Assembly (NCBI GenBank): GCA_049997795.1
Contig: JBEKVT010000001.1
Location: 312,241-376,240 of the forward strand
Reading direction: 5' to 3'
Length of the DNA stretch: 64,000 nt
From: Minisyncoccia bacterium
GTDB taxonomy: Bacteria; Patescibacteriota; Minisyncoccia; Phycocordibacterales; PALSA-1337
Shown here: positions 43,944 through 53,677 of the stretch, one piece after another
Layout of the letters: every line of letters starts with the position of its first letter
Numbering within the stretch: position 1 is the first letter of the stretch
Notes under the pieces: model-generated
Seen by the model: the letters and a program-made list of their open reading frames with translations, nothing else
What the model was told of the DNA's origin: nothing
Databases searched by the model: none
Position numbers and translations under genes: made by a program

Positions 43944-45191
43944 TTAGCTTTTTTCGCACCCTCTGGCAATCTGTCCGCGCATCTCATGCAATTTCGCCAC
44001 GGCGGCCGCAGTCGCCTTGCCCCGGTTATACAGCAATCTGTCGTCGATCGACGGCGCATTATCCGGCCGCGCCTCGCGAGGTACGGTCAAACTGCGGGCG
44101 ATGGCCGCGTAGAACTCTTTTGGCGTCTTCACCAGAGAGCCGTAGATCGGCCGGAAATCTCCCAGCGAGTTCATCTCATGATCCTCGAAGAACCTCGGTA
44201 TATCCAGGAAGATCATCGGCTTGCGCAGGAAATAGAACTCGATCCATATGGTGCTGATATCGGTCACGGCAAGGTCGCTTCCCATGATGAATTCCGGCGA
44301 GTCGACCTCGTAGGCGTTGTATATCCTGTGGCCAGCGATGTCGCTATTGTCGAAGAAGGATCTCCAATCGACCCCGCCGCTGCCTTTCTTGCTGGTCGGA
44401 TCTATATATGATCCGGGATGGATCTTCACGATCAAATTGGCCTTGAAGCGCTCGGGGATCTCAAGGATCCGGTCGAGCCAAGTGAAGACGCTGGTGTTCT
44501 GGTTCCAGGTGGCTGCGTAGAAGACCGTAGGCAGGGAAGGATCGAGCCCGAGCCCTTTTATGAAGGCCTTGCGATCGATGCCCCTGTCGCGCAGCTCGAA
44601 AAGAATGTCATATTTCGGACAGCCGATCTCGTGGAGCTTCGGGATCTTGGCGATGCGGTGGTCGGCGCAGAACGTCAGCATGTCTTTTTTGAACGCTTCG
44701 CCAGTGAGGAAGACGTCGGTCATCTTGTCGATCGCCGGCGAGAAGACGTCATATTTCGTTTTGGAAGTCACCGTGTGGGGGAAGTGGATCTTATAATGAG
44801 CCCGCTTCGGCACTTTGATGTCGTATGACAGCGTGGCGTTCAGATAAAAATCTACCCAAGGGAAATGATCGAAGAATCGGGAATCGACCAGATCCGGCCG
44901 GCCTTCCTTCCAGGATGATCCGATGAGTTTCCTGAGGTTTCCCATGAGCTTGTCGTGAGTGATGACTACGACGCAAGCCCCGTCTCCGATGAGCTCGGCC
45001 AGCACCGACTGCAGATAGAAGAATTCGTTCGTCGTGGTTATCTCCGCGATGACGGTCATAAAGCCGCGCCGCTTCGCCCGGACGATATCCACGCGCGCCC
45101 GGCACAGCCAGAAGATCCCCACCAGGGCGCTTCCCAGCCGGACAAGCTTGTTCTTCAGTTTATGCAGCACGGCTTTCATGTCCTTCCTCAT
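43944..45191 (-). CDS. CDP-glycerol glycerophosphotransferase family protein (TagB/TagF-like)
   Basis: GCPKYD, YAATW, VKIHP and D..VTD.S....EF...KP. Confidence 0.78.
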   Translation of the reverse strand: MRKDMKAVLHKLKNKLVRLGSALVGIFWLCRARVDIVRAKRRGFMTVIAEITTTNEFFYLQSVLAELIGDGACVVVITHDKLMGNLRKLIGSSWKEGRPDLVDSRFFDHFPWVDFYLNATLSYDIKVPKRAHYKIHFPHTVTSKTKYDVFSPAIDKMTDVFLTGEAFKKDMLTFCADHRIAKIPKLHEIGCPKYDILFELRDRGIDRKAFIKGLGLDPSLPTVFYAATWNQNTSVFTWLDRILEIPERFKANLIVKIHPGSYIDPTSKKGSGGVDWRSFFDNSDIAGHRIYNAYEVDSPEFIMGSDLAVTDISTIWIEFYFLRKPMIFLDIPRFFEDHEMNSLGDFRPIYGSLVKTPKEFYAAIARSLTVPREARPDNAPSIDDRLLYNRGKATAAAVAKLHEMRGQIARGCEKS

Positions 45192-45877
45192 GGGATCAGC
45201 CTGAAAAGGGCCCGCTTCTTATCCTTCTTGTATGAATCGACTTCGGCGATCTTCTCGACCACGGAAAATCCGCATGACTTAAGGAAGCTCTCTATCCATT
45301 CATGGGGCCGATCTCCCATATCCGGCAGACGCTTCGCCCACGAAAGCTCGCTTTCATCCGACTGGCCCATCTCGAAGATCATCTCCTTCTTAGTCCTCTT
45401 TCGCAGCAGGCTCATGAATCCTCGCGCATATTCCTCCCCGCGGGCGGACATGATGTGGTGCAAGACCGACATGCAGATGACGAGGTCTGAAGCGGGCAGG
45501 CGCGGGATCATCTCCGTATCGGCAGCGCCGAAGATGAATCTGGCATTCCGTATCTTTTCTTTTATGATCTGATCTTCCGCCACAGCAAACCTGCGCGCGT
45601 CCATCTCGACGCCTATCGCGGTGCATGAGCATTCCCGAGCGGCTTGGATCACATAAAAGCCCTCCGCGGAGCCGATATCGAGAACGGACGAGCCGCCGCT
45701 CGTTTCGATCTCCTTGCGGATCACTTCCCAACGGTCAAAGCAGTTGCGCTCGTTGCCGCCGACGAATCTGCCTCGGATCAAGACTGGCTGGTAGCGCGGA
45801 TATGAATAGAGCGCAGACCTGAGGCATATCTTCTGCCTGATCGTCTGGAACAATGTTCTTTTCTCCTCCTGCTGCAT
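45188..45877 (-). CDS. Class I SAM-dependent methyltransferase
   Basis: YQP, VLDIGSAEGFY and SVLHH. Confidence 0.85.
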   Translation of the reverse strand: MQQEEKRTLFQTIRQKICLRSALYSYPRYQPVLIRGRFVGGNERNCFDRWEVIRKEIETSGGSSVLDIGSAEGFYVIQAARECSCTAIGVEMDARRFAVAEDQIIKEKIRNARFIFGAADTEMIPRLPASDLVICMSVLHHIMSARGEEYARGFMSLLRKRTKKEMIFEMGQSDESELSWAKRLPDMGDRPHEWIESFLKSCGFSVVEKIAEVDSYKKDKKRALFRLIP

Positions 45878-45878
45878 G

Positions 45879-48086
45879 TTATTTTTCTTTATGCGGGATC
45901 GAGCTCGACTCGATGAGCACGTCGGCAAAATATTTCACCGCCCAATTCAAGGCTTGGTATTGACCATACTCGCCGGATATCGGGGAGCTTCCCCAGACGG
46001 CGCCGCTTAAAACCGGATCAGAGCCATTGTATTGGCATGATTTCAAGAAGTCCTTGAGCTTCCTCGCGGCTTCCATGTATGCGCTATCGTGCGTGCCGAC
46101 GTACGCCTTCATGCATGTCACTGCGATCTGCGCGATGCCCGTCAAGCACGCCCAATCGACGGTGCCGTCCCATTTCTCGTCGAATCTTCCCGGTATCTTG
46201 CCGGTCGCGCCCATCCGATCGATGATCTGATCGAGCGCCTTCCGCGCGGCGTCCGTGAACCTCCGTTCCTTGAGATGGATGCCGATATCCCACAGGCCGT
46301 CGATCGTATAAGCGATCGTATGAAGGAGCGCGTCGGGCCGTTGTTCGAAGTCTGCGTCGCGGAACCAGCCGTTCGGGTCTTGCATCGACAGGGTGTGTTC
46401 CGCCGATCTCCGCGCCGCCTCGGTCAAGTCCTTATCTTTCGCCAGCGCGCCCAATTCGGCGAGAGGCGCCAGGGCATACACGTTATATGTAGTGACCCTC
46501 TGATCGACTGACGAGGCATTATCAGAATTCCACCAGCCTTGTTTGCCAAGATCATCGGCGTATTCATGCTCCAATATCCAGGCAGCCGATCTTTTCGCCG
46601 CCTTCAAGTACTTCTCCTTTTTGGTCAGCTGCCACATAGCGATCATGCCCCGGATGACCTGGCCGGTATCGAAGACGGCCGGAGCCGGCGGAACGGAGAT
46701 GTTCCCTCCCTGTACGGCCCCGCCTGGCAGCATGACGTTGATCTCCCACTCTGCCATGAGCCGCGCCCGCCGGATGAGGTCCGCGTCGCCCAAGAGCCGT
46801 CCGGCCTTGATCATGGTCGGGATGATGTAGCCGGTCGTCTCAGGGTAAGACGGCTGCCAGCCGAAGCGATTAGACTTGCTTCCCGGAATGAGATCGAAGC
46901 CTCGGCTCACTCCTCCGTCCGGCGTGGCATCCTGCGCCCGTTTGAGCCAATCGAGACATCTCATCAGATGGTCGCGGTCGCTCCCGACCAAGGCGTGATC
47001 GTATCGGGCGAGTTCCTTCTCGAACCGCGCCAGAGTTCTTTTATTCGCTTGCCATTTTAATATCTTGCCGGCCCTTTTAAAAACTGATTTAAGAGCGGAG
47101 TCCTTTTTCGTCGGCCCCTGTATGCTGCCGATCCAGGAGATCTTTTCCATGGTCTTCGAGAATACCGGCCACTCTGATACCGCCGATTCGACGGCCAGGG
47201 CCAGATCATAGATCTTAGTCGCCAGCCAGTCTGGGGCCCAGCCGCGGAACTTCATCGGCTCGAAGAGGTAGAAGAAGAATCCCCAACCTGCCCCCGCGTA
47301 TGATATCGGTTTGACGAAACAGTCCGCCGCCCATTTATTTATCTCTCGATATGAATAGTAACGATCGTATGTGAGGCCCCAGGGCTTCAGGCGGTCGATC
47401 GCTGGCAGCATCCTGAATCGTTTGTATAGCTCCTTCGGGTTCAGCTTATTATAAAGTTCTAATGCGACGAAGCCGCTCGGTTTGGTGATGCGGACCATCT
47501 CGGCGAAGGCCGCTTCCGGCCGTCTGATGTGCTGGAAGACCCTGATGCTCACGGAGAGATCGGCCACCGCGCCTTTGATGGGCATATCCTCGAGCTGGCA
47601 ACAGACGAGCCATGCTTCCGGCATCCTTTCCTTGGCCGCCTTGAGGAGATGCAGGGAAGAGTCGGTACCTATCTTTCTTCCGATCTTCGGATAATATGAC
47701 AGAAGCCTGCCGTTGCCGCAGCCGCAGTCGATGACGGTCCGGCCGCTCAAGCCGGCATTCGCCGACGCGAGCAGCCGGTCTATCGCCCTCATCTCGGAGA
47801 CGTGCGTATATAACCCCCATGTTGAGCCCTGTTTCTTCAGGTAGCTGTCGTATTTCTTGGCGTAATTCTTCGCCTGCTCTTCCTGATCCCAATGCCTTTT
47901 GTGCATGTCCGGAGAATGGGCCGCGTCCGGGAAGATGATAGGGATCCCATGGTCGACAGGGTAGACGTCGCCGCATTCGGCGCACACGAGAGAATCCGCC
48001 GAGTCCTGCCTCAAATCGCCGCGGCAATGCCGTTTCGGACAGCAAAGGATATCCATGAACTCCTGGGGAAGCTTGTCGGCGGTCAT
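45879..48086 (-). CDS. Fusion of a Trm112-like Zn-finger, a class I methyltransferase and an alpha/alpha-barrel domain
   Basis: ILCCP..CRGDL...LVC..C...YPV..GIP; IDCGCGNG; WL..AQD...DGG, SYPETTGYIIPT, FDTGQV and QDPNGWF. Confidence 0.8.
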   Translation of the reverse strand: MTADKLPQEFMDILCCPKRHCRGDLRQDSADSLVCAECGDVYPVDHGIPIIFPDAAHSPDMHKRHWDQEEQAKNYAKKYDSYLKKQGSTWGLYTHVSEMRAIDRLLASANAGLSGRTVIDCGCGNGRLLSYYPKIGRKIGTDSSLHLLKAAKERMPEAWLVCCQLEDMPIKGAVADLSVSIRVFQHIRRPEAAFAEMVRITKPSGFVALELYNKLNPKELYKRFRMLPAIDRLKPWGLTYDRYYSYREINKWAADCFVKPISYAGAGWGFFFYLFEPMKFRGWAPDWLATKIYDLALAVESAVSEWPVFSKTMEKISWIGSIQGPTKKDSALKSVFKRAGKILKWQANKRTLARFEKELARYDHALVGSDRDHLMRCLDWLKRAQDATPDGGVSRGFDLIPGSKSNRFGWQPSYPETTGYIIPTMIKAGRLLGDADLIRRARLMAEWEINVMLPGGAVQGGNISVPPAPAVFDTGQVIRGMIAMWQLTKKEKYLKAAKRSAAWILEHEYADDLGKQGWWNSDNASSVDQRVTTYNVYALAPLAELGALAKDKDLTEAARRSAEHTLSMQDPNGWFRDADFEQRPDALLHTIAYTIDGLWDIGIHLKERRFTDAARKALDQIIDRMGATGKIPGRFDEKWDGTVDWACLTGIAQIAVTCMKAYVGTHDSAYMEAARKLKDFLKSCQYNGSDPVLSGAVWGSSPISGEYGQYQALNWAVKYFADVLIESSSIPHKEK

Positions 48087-49618
48087 GACCTTTTTGCGCC
48101 AGACGCCTTTTTACCGAGCGCCGACTCGATCTCTTTCTTATATATGCTCCATATGGGGCTTGTGTCGCCGCCCCTCTCCCAGAGGGAGAAATAATTCACG
48201 TCGAAACCGGTGTCATAAGCGGCCGCCACGTAGTTTTCCAGGCGCCGTTCGTATTGAGGGGTATGAAGATCGACCTTAAGCACCTCTTTTATCTTATGGA
48301 CCAGGGTGGTCATGTCGGTGTGTTTGCTCACGTTCGGCAACTTAAGCGTCGTCCCAAGATCGCCAAGCTGGATCGCGGGTATTCGTAGGAACGCAGCCTC
48401 GACGAGAACGCTGCTGTTCTGGCTGATCACCAGGCTCGCTCTTTTCAGGATGTCGTATGACGGGATGCGGTAATCTATGAGCTTGATGTTCACTGTCCTG
48501 GCCAGCTTCTCGAGATACGAGGGCGGACGGTATCCGAGCATGGCCGGGTGGTCCTTGACGACCAGGGTGTAATCGTCTGGCAGGGACATGGCCGCCTGTC
48601 GGGCCGTCTCGATCTGGTTGCTGAAGAACGGGGAAGCCACGTCTATATTGGCCTCCGGCTGGAATTGCAAAGGCAGGTACACGAACTTGCTGATTTTCTC
48701 GAAAGGATGGTATGGAAAAGCCTTAGCCCTCCCCGCGTAACGGTCATGGCAGTAATGGTCCCGAAGGATTATGCGCGGCGGCCGGTAGTCGATGGTGATG
48801 CCGGTGCTGTCCAATCGATTCTCGGATGGTCTTATGTACCAGCGCAAGATGTGGTAATAAGGCGAACCAAGATGGCGGATCTTCTGCCACAAGGTCTTCG
48901 GGATCTCTTTTTGCGTGTATGTCGGAGCGATGAACCTCTCCCTGAACTCTTTGATGTATGCCCGCGCCTTGTCGAGATTCTCGCTCTCCGCCTCGCCCCG
49001 GTTCAATAGATCGACGCGGTCATGGAACGGCCCGGAACCGTCGGTGTGATCATAAGAGAATATGTAATTGCCGCTGACCTTCGAATCGGTCACGCCGAAC
49101 ATCGGCACGCCGCGCTTCTTCCCGTACAGGCTGAACATGATGTGGGGCAAGGCTACGAAATTCGGCGCGATGATGAGATCGGGCTTGAACTCGTCGAACA
49201 CGCGCCGTACGCATTTATAGAGCGCCATGACGTAGTCGATGATGCCCTCGTCGGAGACGTTCTGCCGGAAGGCGTAGTAATACTTGTCCTTATAGCTCCG
49301 GACGTGGTTGCGCAGGGACATGACGATCGGCCAGATGGAGTCGACGCCGATCTCCTTATTGATCAGAGCAAGAGGGAAGACGTCGCCTTTCAAGTAGTCT
49401 TTCGGCCGGCCCATGATCTCGTCGTTGTTGACGACGAGATCATAGCGCACCTCCCTTTGGGAAGCTATGAACTGGTGAGTCGTCCGTTTGAGGGTGAACG
49501 CGGCCAGGATGGCGCCCTCTTCCTGCAGGGACTTTGCCAGCGGGTGGCCGACATTCACGGCCCAGCTCCTCTGTTGGAATATGAGTATGCGTTTTCCGCG
49601 TATGGGTGAATGAGACAT
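48083..49618 (-). CDS. Capsule polysaccharide biosynthesis protein (KpsS/KpsC-like, probable ulosonic acid transferase)
   Basis: YLPLQFQPEA, VKDHP and NSSV..EA. Confidence 0.72.
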   Translation of the reverse strand: MSHSPIRGKRILIFQQRSWAVNVGHPLAKSLQEEGAILAAFTLKRTTHQFIASQREVRYDLVVNNDEIMGRPKDYLKGDVFPLALINKEIGVDSIWPIVMSLRNHVRSYKDKYYYAFRQNVSDEGIIDYVMALYKCVRRVFDEFKPDLIIAPNFVALPHIMFSLYGKKRGVPMFGVTDSKVSGNYIFSYDHTDGSGPFHDRVDLLNRGEAESENLDKARAYIKEFRERFIAPTYTQKEIPKTLWQKIRHLGSPYYHILRWYIRPSENRLDSTGITIDYRPPRIILRDHYCHDRYAGRAKAFPYHPFEKISKFVYLPLQFQPEANIDVASPFFSNQIETARQAAMSLPDDYTLVVKDHPAMLGYRPPSYLEKLARTVNIKLIDYRIPSYDILKRASLVISQNSSVLVEAAFLRIPAIQLGDLGTTLKLPNVSKHTDMTTLVHKIKEVLKVDLHTPQYERRLENYVAAAYDTGFDVNYFSLWERGGDTSPIWSIYKKEIESALGKKASGAKRS

Positions 49619-49670
49619 ATAGGCAGTTCCAGGCGTTCTAAGCTTATCAGACTCCCTAGATAACCGTCAA

Positions 49671-49706
49671 GACACCTATTGACACCTTATGACGCCTTGC
49701 TATACT
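49671..49706 (+). promoter_or_regulatory. Promoter overlapped by three 10-bp-phased direct repeats GAC(A/G)CCT (putative operator)
   Basis: TTGACA (49679-49684) and TGcTATACT (49698-49706); repeats start at 49671, 49681 and 49691. Confidence 0.75.
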
Positions 49707-49748
49707 TATAACCATCGCACCCGGTCCGATGTCATCACCAATTAAAAC

Positions 49749-50000
49749 ATGACCAATAAAGAGATCCAACCCCACACCGTGTACACTACCGGCGAAACCG
49801 AGGCCTTGCTGAAGATAAGCAGGAGCACCATGAAGCGCCTGCTCAAAAAAGGCCTCATCCGCGCCAACAAAGTCGGCCGCCAATACCGCATCCTCGGTTT
49901 GGAGATCCTGCGCATGGTCTCTCCGGAGACGGAACAGAAGGCAGTGAAGTCATACCTCAAGGTCAAGGAGAAGGCGGTCAGCAAGATAAATAGATGGTGA
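49749..50000 (+). CDS. Excisionase-like helix-turn-helix DNA-binding protein (HTH_17/BldC-like)
   Basis: YTTGETEALLKISRSTMKRLLKKGLIRANKVGRQYRI. Confidence 0.88.
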   Translation: MTNKEIQPHTVYTTGETEALLKISRSTMKRLLKKGLIRANKVGRQYRILGLEILRMVSPETEQKAVKSYLKVKEKAVSKINRW

Positions 50001-51787
50001 TCAAGGCGTTCATCAGAAAGACGACCGATGCTCTGCGGTTGCTCGACCGCGCCTTCAGGCAATACAGGAAGAAGATCGCCGTCCTGGCTTTTCTGGGCTT
50101 CTTGTCCGGCCTGTTCGAAGCGGTCGGCGTCAACGCTCTGGTGCCTCTTTTTTCGTTCTTGACCGGCAGCAATGACTTCGGCGACGACCTCGTCTCGAAG
50201 GCCATCAAGAGCCTGTTTGCCATCGTCCACGTCACGTTCTCGATAAAATATCTGCTTGTCTTCATCTGCATCCTATTCATTCTGAAGGCCCTGGCGCTCA
50301 TGTGGGCGAGCTACGTGAAGATCCAGATCATCGGCAACTATTCGAAATCCGCCCGCACCGCGCTCTTCCGGAAGACTTTGGCGGCCAGCTGGCCGTATCT
50401 CTTGAAGCAGAAGCTGGGCCACCTGGAGACGGTCATCTTGACCAACGTGCAATACGGCGAGCTCATGCTCGACCACCTGAGCAGCATCATCACCATCATG
50501 AGCATGCTCTTCATCTATACCGCCGTCGCCGTCGACATGTCGCCCATAACTAGCATCCTGGCCGTCGCTCTCGGTGCCGTCCTGTTCTTCATCTTCAAGC
50601 CGCTCATCACCCGGACCCGGCTGGCCTCGAACGATATCGAGGCCATCAACCGCCAGACTTCCCACCACGTCAACGAGAACGTCATGGGCATGAAGACCGT
50701 CAAGGCCATGGGCGTCTATCAGGCGGTCGTGGCCCGGGGCGAATCGTTCTTCGAGAGCCTGCGCCGGCTCAAGGTCAGGATCACTGTCCTCAAGATGGTC
50801 CCGGAGAACCTGATGCCGTCGATAGGCATAGTCTTCGTCATGATCGTCCTGGCCATTTCCTACAAGCTGCCGCATTTCAACCTGGCGGTCCTGGCGGCGG
50901 TGGTCTACCTGATCCAGCAGATCTTCCTCTATATACAGCAATTGCAGAGGCATGTGCAGATGGTCTATGAATGCGCGCCATACGTCAGGGCCATCACGGA
51001 ATTCGACGACGGAGCGGAGAGAGAGCTCGAACGCGACCGAGGCACGGCGGATTTCTCTCTCCGGTCGGAGTTCAAATTCTCAGACGTCTCGTTCGCTTAT
51101 GAGAATCGCAAGTCCGTCCTTGAGCACGTCGATTTCAGGATACGGCAGGGCGAGGTCGTGGGCCTCATAGGCCCGTCCGGCGCCGGCAAGACCACCATCG
51201 TCGACATATTGCTCCGCCTCTTCGATCCGTCGAAGGGCACCATCTCAGTCGACGGAGTCGACATCGCCTCCATCAAGCTCAGCGCCTGGCGCGAACACGT
51301 AGGTTATGTCTCGCAAGACGTCTTCCTGATGAACGACACGGTCGAGAATAATATACGTTTCTACAACCAGTCGTTATCGAAACAAGACCTGGTCAAGGCG
51401 GCCAAGATGGCCAACATATACGACGTCATCGAAAATCTGCCGCAAGGCTTCGACACGGTGATCGGCGAGCGCGGCGTCCTCTTGTCAGCCGGGCAACGCC
51501 AGCGCATCATCATCGCCCGCGTCCTGGCCAGGAAGCCGGAGCTCCTCATCCTTGACGAGGCCACCAGCGCTCTCGATAACCAGTCCGAGATGGAGATCCA
51601 GAAGGTCATCGACGGCCTCAAGGGCAAGCTGACCGTGTTCGTCATCGCTCACCGGTTGTCGACCGTGGTCAATGCCGACCAGCTCCTTGTCCTCGAAAAG
51701 GGCAGGATAGTCGAGCGCGGCAAGCCGCAGGACCTTCTGGCCGATAAGAGCTCCTATTTCCACAGGTTATATAATCTCAAGCAATAA
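49994..51787 (+). CDS. ABC exporter, fused TMD and NBD (PglK/MsbA-like glycan flippase)
   Basis: Six TM segments, GPSGAGKTT, LSAGQRQR, ILDEATSALD and IAHRLST. Confidence 0.92.
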   Translation: MVIKAFIRKTTDALRLLDRAFRQYRKKIAVLAFLGFLSGLFEAVGVNALVPLFSFLTGSNDFGDDLVSKAIKSLFAIVHVTFSIKYLLVFICILFILKALALMWASYVKIQIIGNYSKSARTALFRKTLAASWPYLLKQKLGHLETVILTNVQYGELMLDHLSSIITIMSMLFIYTAVAVDMSPITSILAVALGAVLFFIFKPLITRTRLASNDIEAINRQTSHHVNENVMGMKTVKAMGVYQAVVARGESFFESLRRLKVRITVLKMVPENLMPSIGIVFVMIVLAISYKLPHFNLAVLAAVVYLIQQIFLYIQQLQRHVQMVYECAPYVRAITEFDDGAERELERDRGTADFSLRSEFKFSDVSFAYENRKSVLEHVDFRIRQGEVVGLIGPSGAGKTTIVDILLRLFDPSKGTISVDGVDIASIKLSAWREHVGYVSQDVFLMNDTVENNIRFYNQSLSKQDLVKAAKMANIYDVIENLPQGFDTVIGERGVLLSAGQRQRIIIARVLARKPELLILDEATSALDNQSEMEIQKVIDGLKGKLTVFVIAHRLSTVVNADQLLVLEKGRIVERGKPQDLLADKSSYFHRLYNLKQ

Positions 51788-51801
51788 GACCCGATAATCG
51801 C

Positions 51802-52884
51802 ATGTCAACCGATTTCATCTATAAAAAAGACGACCCCGCGGCTTTCTGGAAGTACTGGGAGGAATATATCAAGAATGCCGATGTAGGACCCAGGTATACA
51901 AGGCTGTCTCAGGAGAACTTCCTGGAGATGTCGGCGACCATGGGATTGCTTCAGGCCGATCGCAGTTTCGTCTATGTTCCGGACGGCCACCCTGCCGGCA
52001 TAGCTTTCGTGCCGATCGAGAAGAAAGGCAGCCTTGTCACAATAAGCTTCTACGGCACTTATACCATCGCGCCGCTCTTTGCGAATGACAACGCCGCCAA
52101 GAAGATCTTCTCGGCCATCGACCTGGTCGCTCGCGAGGAGAAGGTCGACAAGATAATGTTCTACGTCGACCCGTTGAACACCGACGTCTCCAAATATGAT
52201 CTTTTCCAACGTTTCGGATACCTGAATGCATCGATCCTCGGCTATTTGATCGATCTTACTCTTCCCGGCGACCTTCTCCGTCATTGCCGGAAAGGCCACG
52301 TCTCCAATATCAAAGACATCCTTAAGAACAAAGATTATGAGATATTCTATACGGACAAGGCAGCGCCATCATATGAATTGCATGAGGAGTATCGTCTGAT
52401 GCACCATAAGGCCGCCGGACGTGCGACCAGATCCAAGCAGTCATTCGATTCGCAGTTCGAGAAGCTCAAGGCCGGCCAGGCGGTTTTGTTCGGCGTCAGA
52501 TTCAAGGGTGCGGCTGTAGTATATTCATATTTCGAGATGTACGGCGCCAAGGGATTGTATGCTTCGTCGGCGGATGATCCTGATTATAAAGGCCTGCCGG
52601 TCTCTCATGCGCTCATGCTGCGCGCCATGGAATATCTGAGGGATCTCGGAGTGAAGAGCTTAGACGTCGACAGGCCGGCGAGCCCAAGCGCGCAATTCGA
52701 TTATTATCCGGACGAGAAACAGCTCGCCATTGGCCGGTTCAAGAGGGGATTCGGCGGCACGCTGGTCGACTGTTATCGCGGCGTCAAATATCTGAGCAAG
52801 GAAGCGTTTGAGGCCGATGTGGAAACCTTTCGGAAGGAATATTGGAAGCTTCAGGCAGGAAATGATCCGACCGGGCAAGAATGA
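51802..52884 (+). CDS. FemAB-like tandem GNAT protein
   Basis: IDL......RKGH, H..AAGR.TR, YASSA and FKRGFGG. Confidence 0.75.
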   Translation: MSTDFIYKKDDPAAFWKYWEEYIKNADVGPRYTRLSQENFLEMSATMGLLQADRSFVYVPDGHPAGIAFVPIEKKGSLVTISFYGTYTIAPLFANDNAAKKIFSAIDLVAREEKVDKIMFYVDPLNTDVSKYDLFQRFGYLNASILGYLIDLTLPGDLLRHCRKGHVSNIKDILKNKDYEIFYTDKAAPSYELHEEYRLMHHKAAGRATRSKQSFDSQFEKLKAGQAVLFGVRFKGAAVVYSYFEMYGAKGLYASSADDPDYKGLPVSHALMLRAMEYLRDLGVKSLDVDRPASPSAQFDYYPDEKQLAIGRFKRGFGGTLVDCYRGVKYLSKEAFEADVETFRKEYWKLQAGNDPTGQE

Positions 52885-52891
52885 TATCACC

Positions 52892-53656
52892 ATGTATAAG
52901 GATTCTCGCCAAAAGATCGTCGCCATCATCGAAGCCCGCATGACATCGAGCCGCCTGCCGGGCAAGGTCGTCATGCCGCTTGCCGGCAAGCCTGCGATCG
53001 GCTGGATCATCGAGCGCCTGAAAAGGAGCCGATATGTCGATGAAGTCATCGTAGCCACGACGACGAATAAAACGGATGACGCTCTTGTGGAAGCCGCGCG
53101 GAATCTCAAAGCAAAAAGCTTCCGGGGCAGCGAGGATGACGTGCTCGCGCGCGTCCTCGGAGCCGCCCATGAGACTAAAGCCGATGTGATCGTGGAGATA
53201 ACCGGCGACTGCCCGTTAGTCGATCATCGTCTGGTCGACCGCGCGATCGAGCTTCTCTCCGAGAAGAAGGCGGACTTCGTCTCCAACAATACCTCGGCGA
53301 CCCCGACGTTCCCGGACGGCTTCGACGTCCGGGTCTTCCCGACGGCCGTGCTCGAGCAGGTCGACAGACTGACTAAGGACCCCATCGACCGCGTGCACGT
53401 CTCTTACTATATCTGGACGCACCCCGATAAGTTCAAAGTCGTCGAATGGAAAGCTCCTCCTGAGATGCACGGGCCCGATCTGCGCGTGACATTGGACGAG
53501 CGCAATGACTATGAATTGCTCGATGCCATCTTCAAGAAGCTGTTGCCGAAGGATGAGGATTTCTCTGCGGCCGATGTCGTGGCTCTTTTACGGGGTGATC
53601 CGTCGCTCCGGTCGATGAACCAAGAAGTCAAGGCCAAGACCCCGGAACAAGGCTGA
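52892..53656 (+). CDS. SpsF/acylneuraminate cytidylyltransferase family protein
   Basis: IIEARMTSSRLPGKV, FRGSEDDVL.R, ITGDCP, FPDG.D and TLDE..D. Confidence 0.88.
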   Translation: MYKDSRQKIVAIIEARMTSSRLPGKVVMPLAGKPAIGWIIERLKRSRYVDEVIVATTTNKTDDALVEAARNLKAKSFRGSEDDVLARVLGAAHETKADVIVEITGDCPLVDHRLVDRAIELLSEKKADFVSNNTSATPTFPDGFDVRVFPTAVLEQVDRLTKDPIDRVHVSYYIWTHPDKFKVVEWKAPPEMHGPDLRVTLDERNDYELLDAIFKKLLPKDEDFSAADVVALLRGDPSLRSMNQEVKAKTPEQG

Positions 53657-53677
53657 TAGTTGTAATATTATCCATAT

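Noticed and set aside
49749-50000. Prophage excisionase
   Set aside because: No integrase or phage genes nearby; it heads a glycan operon.
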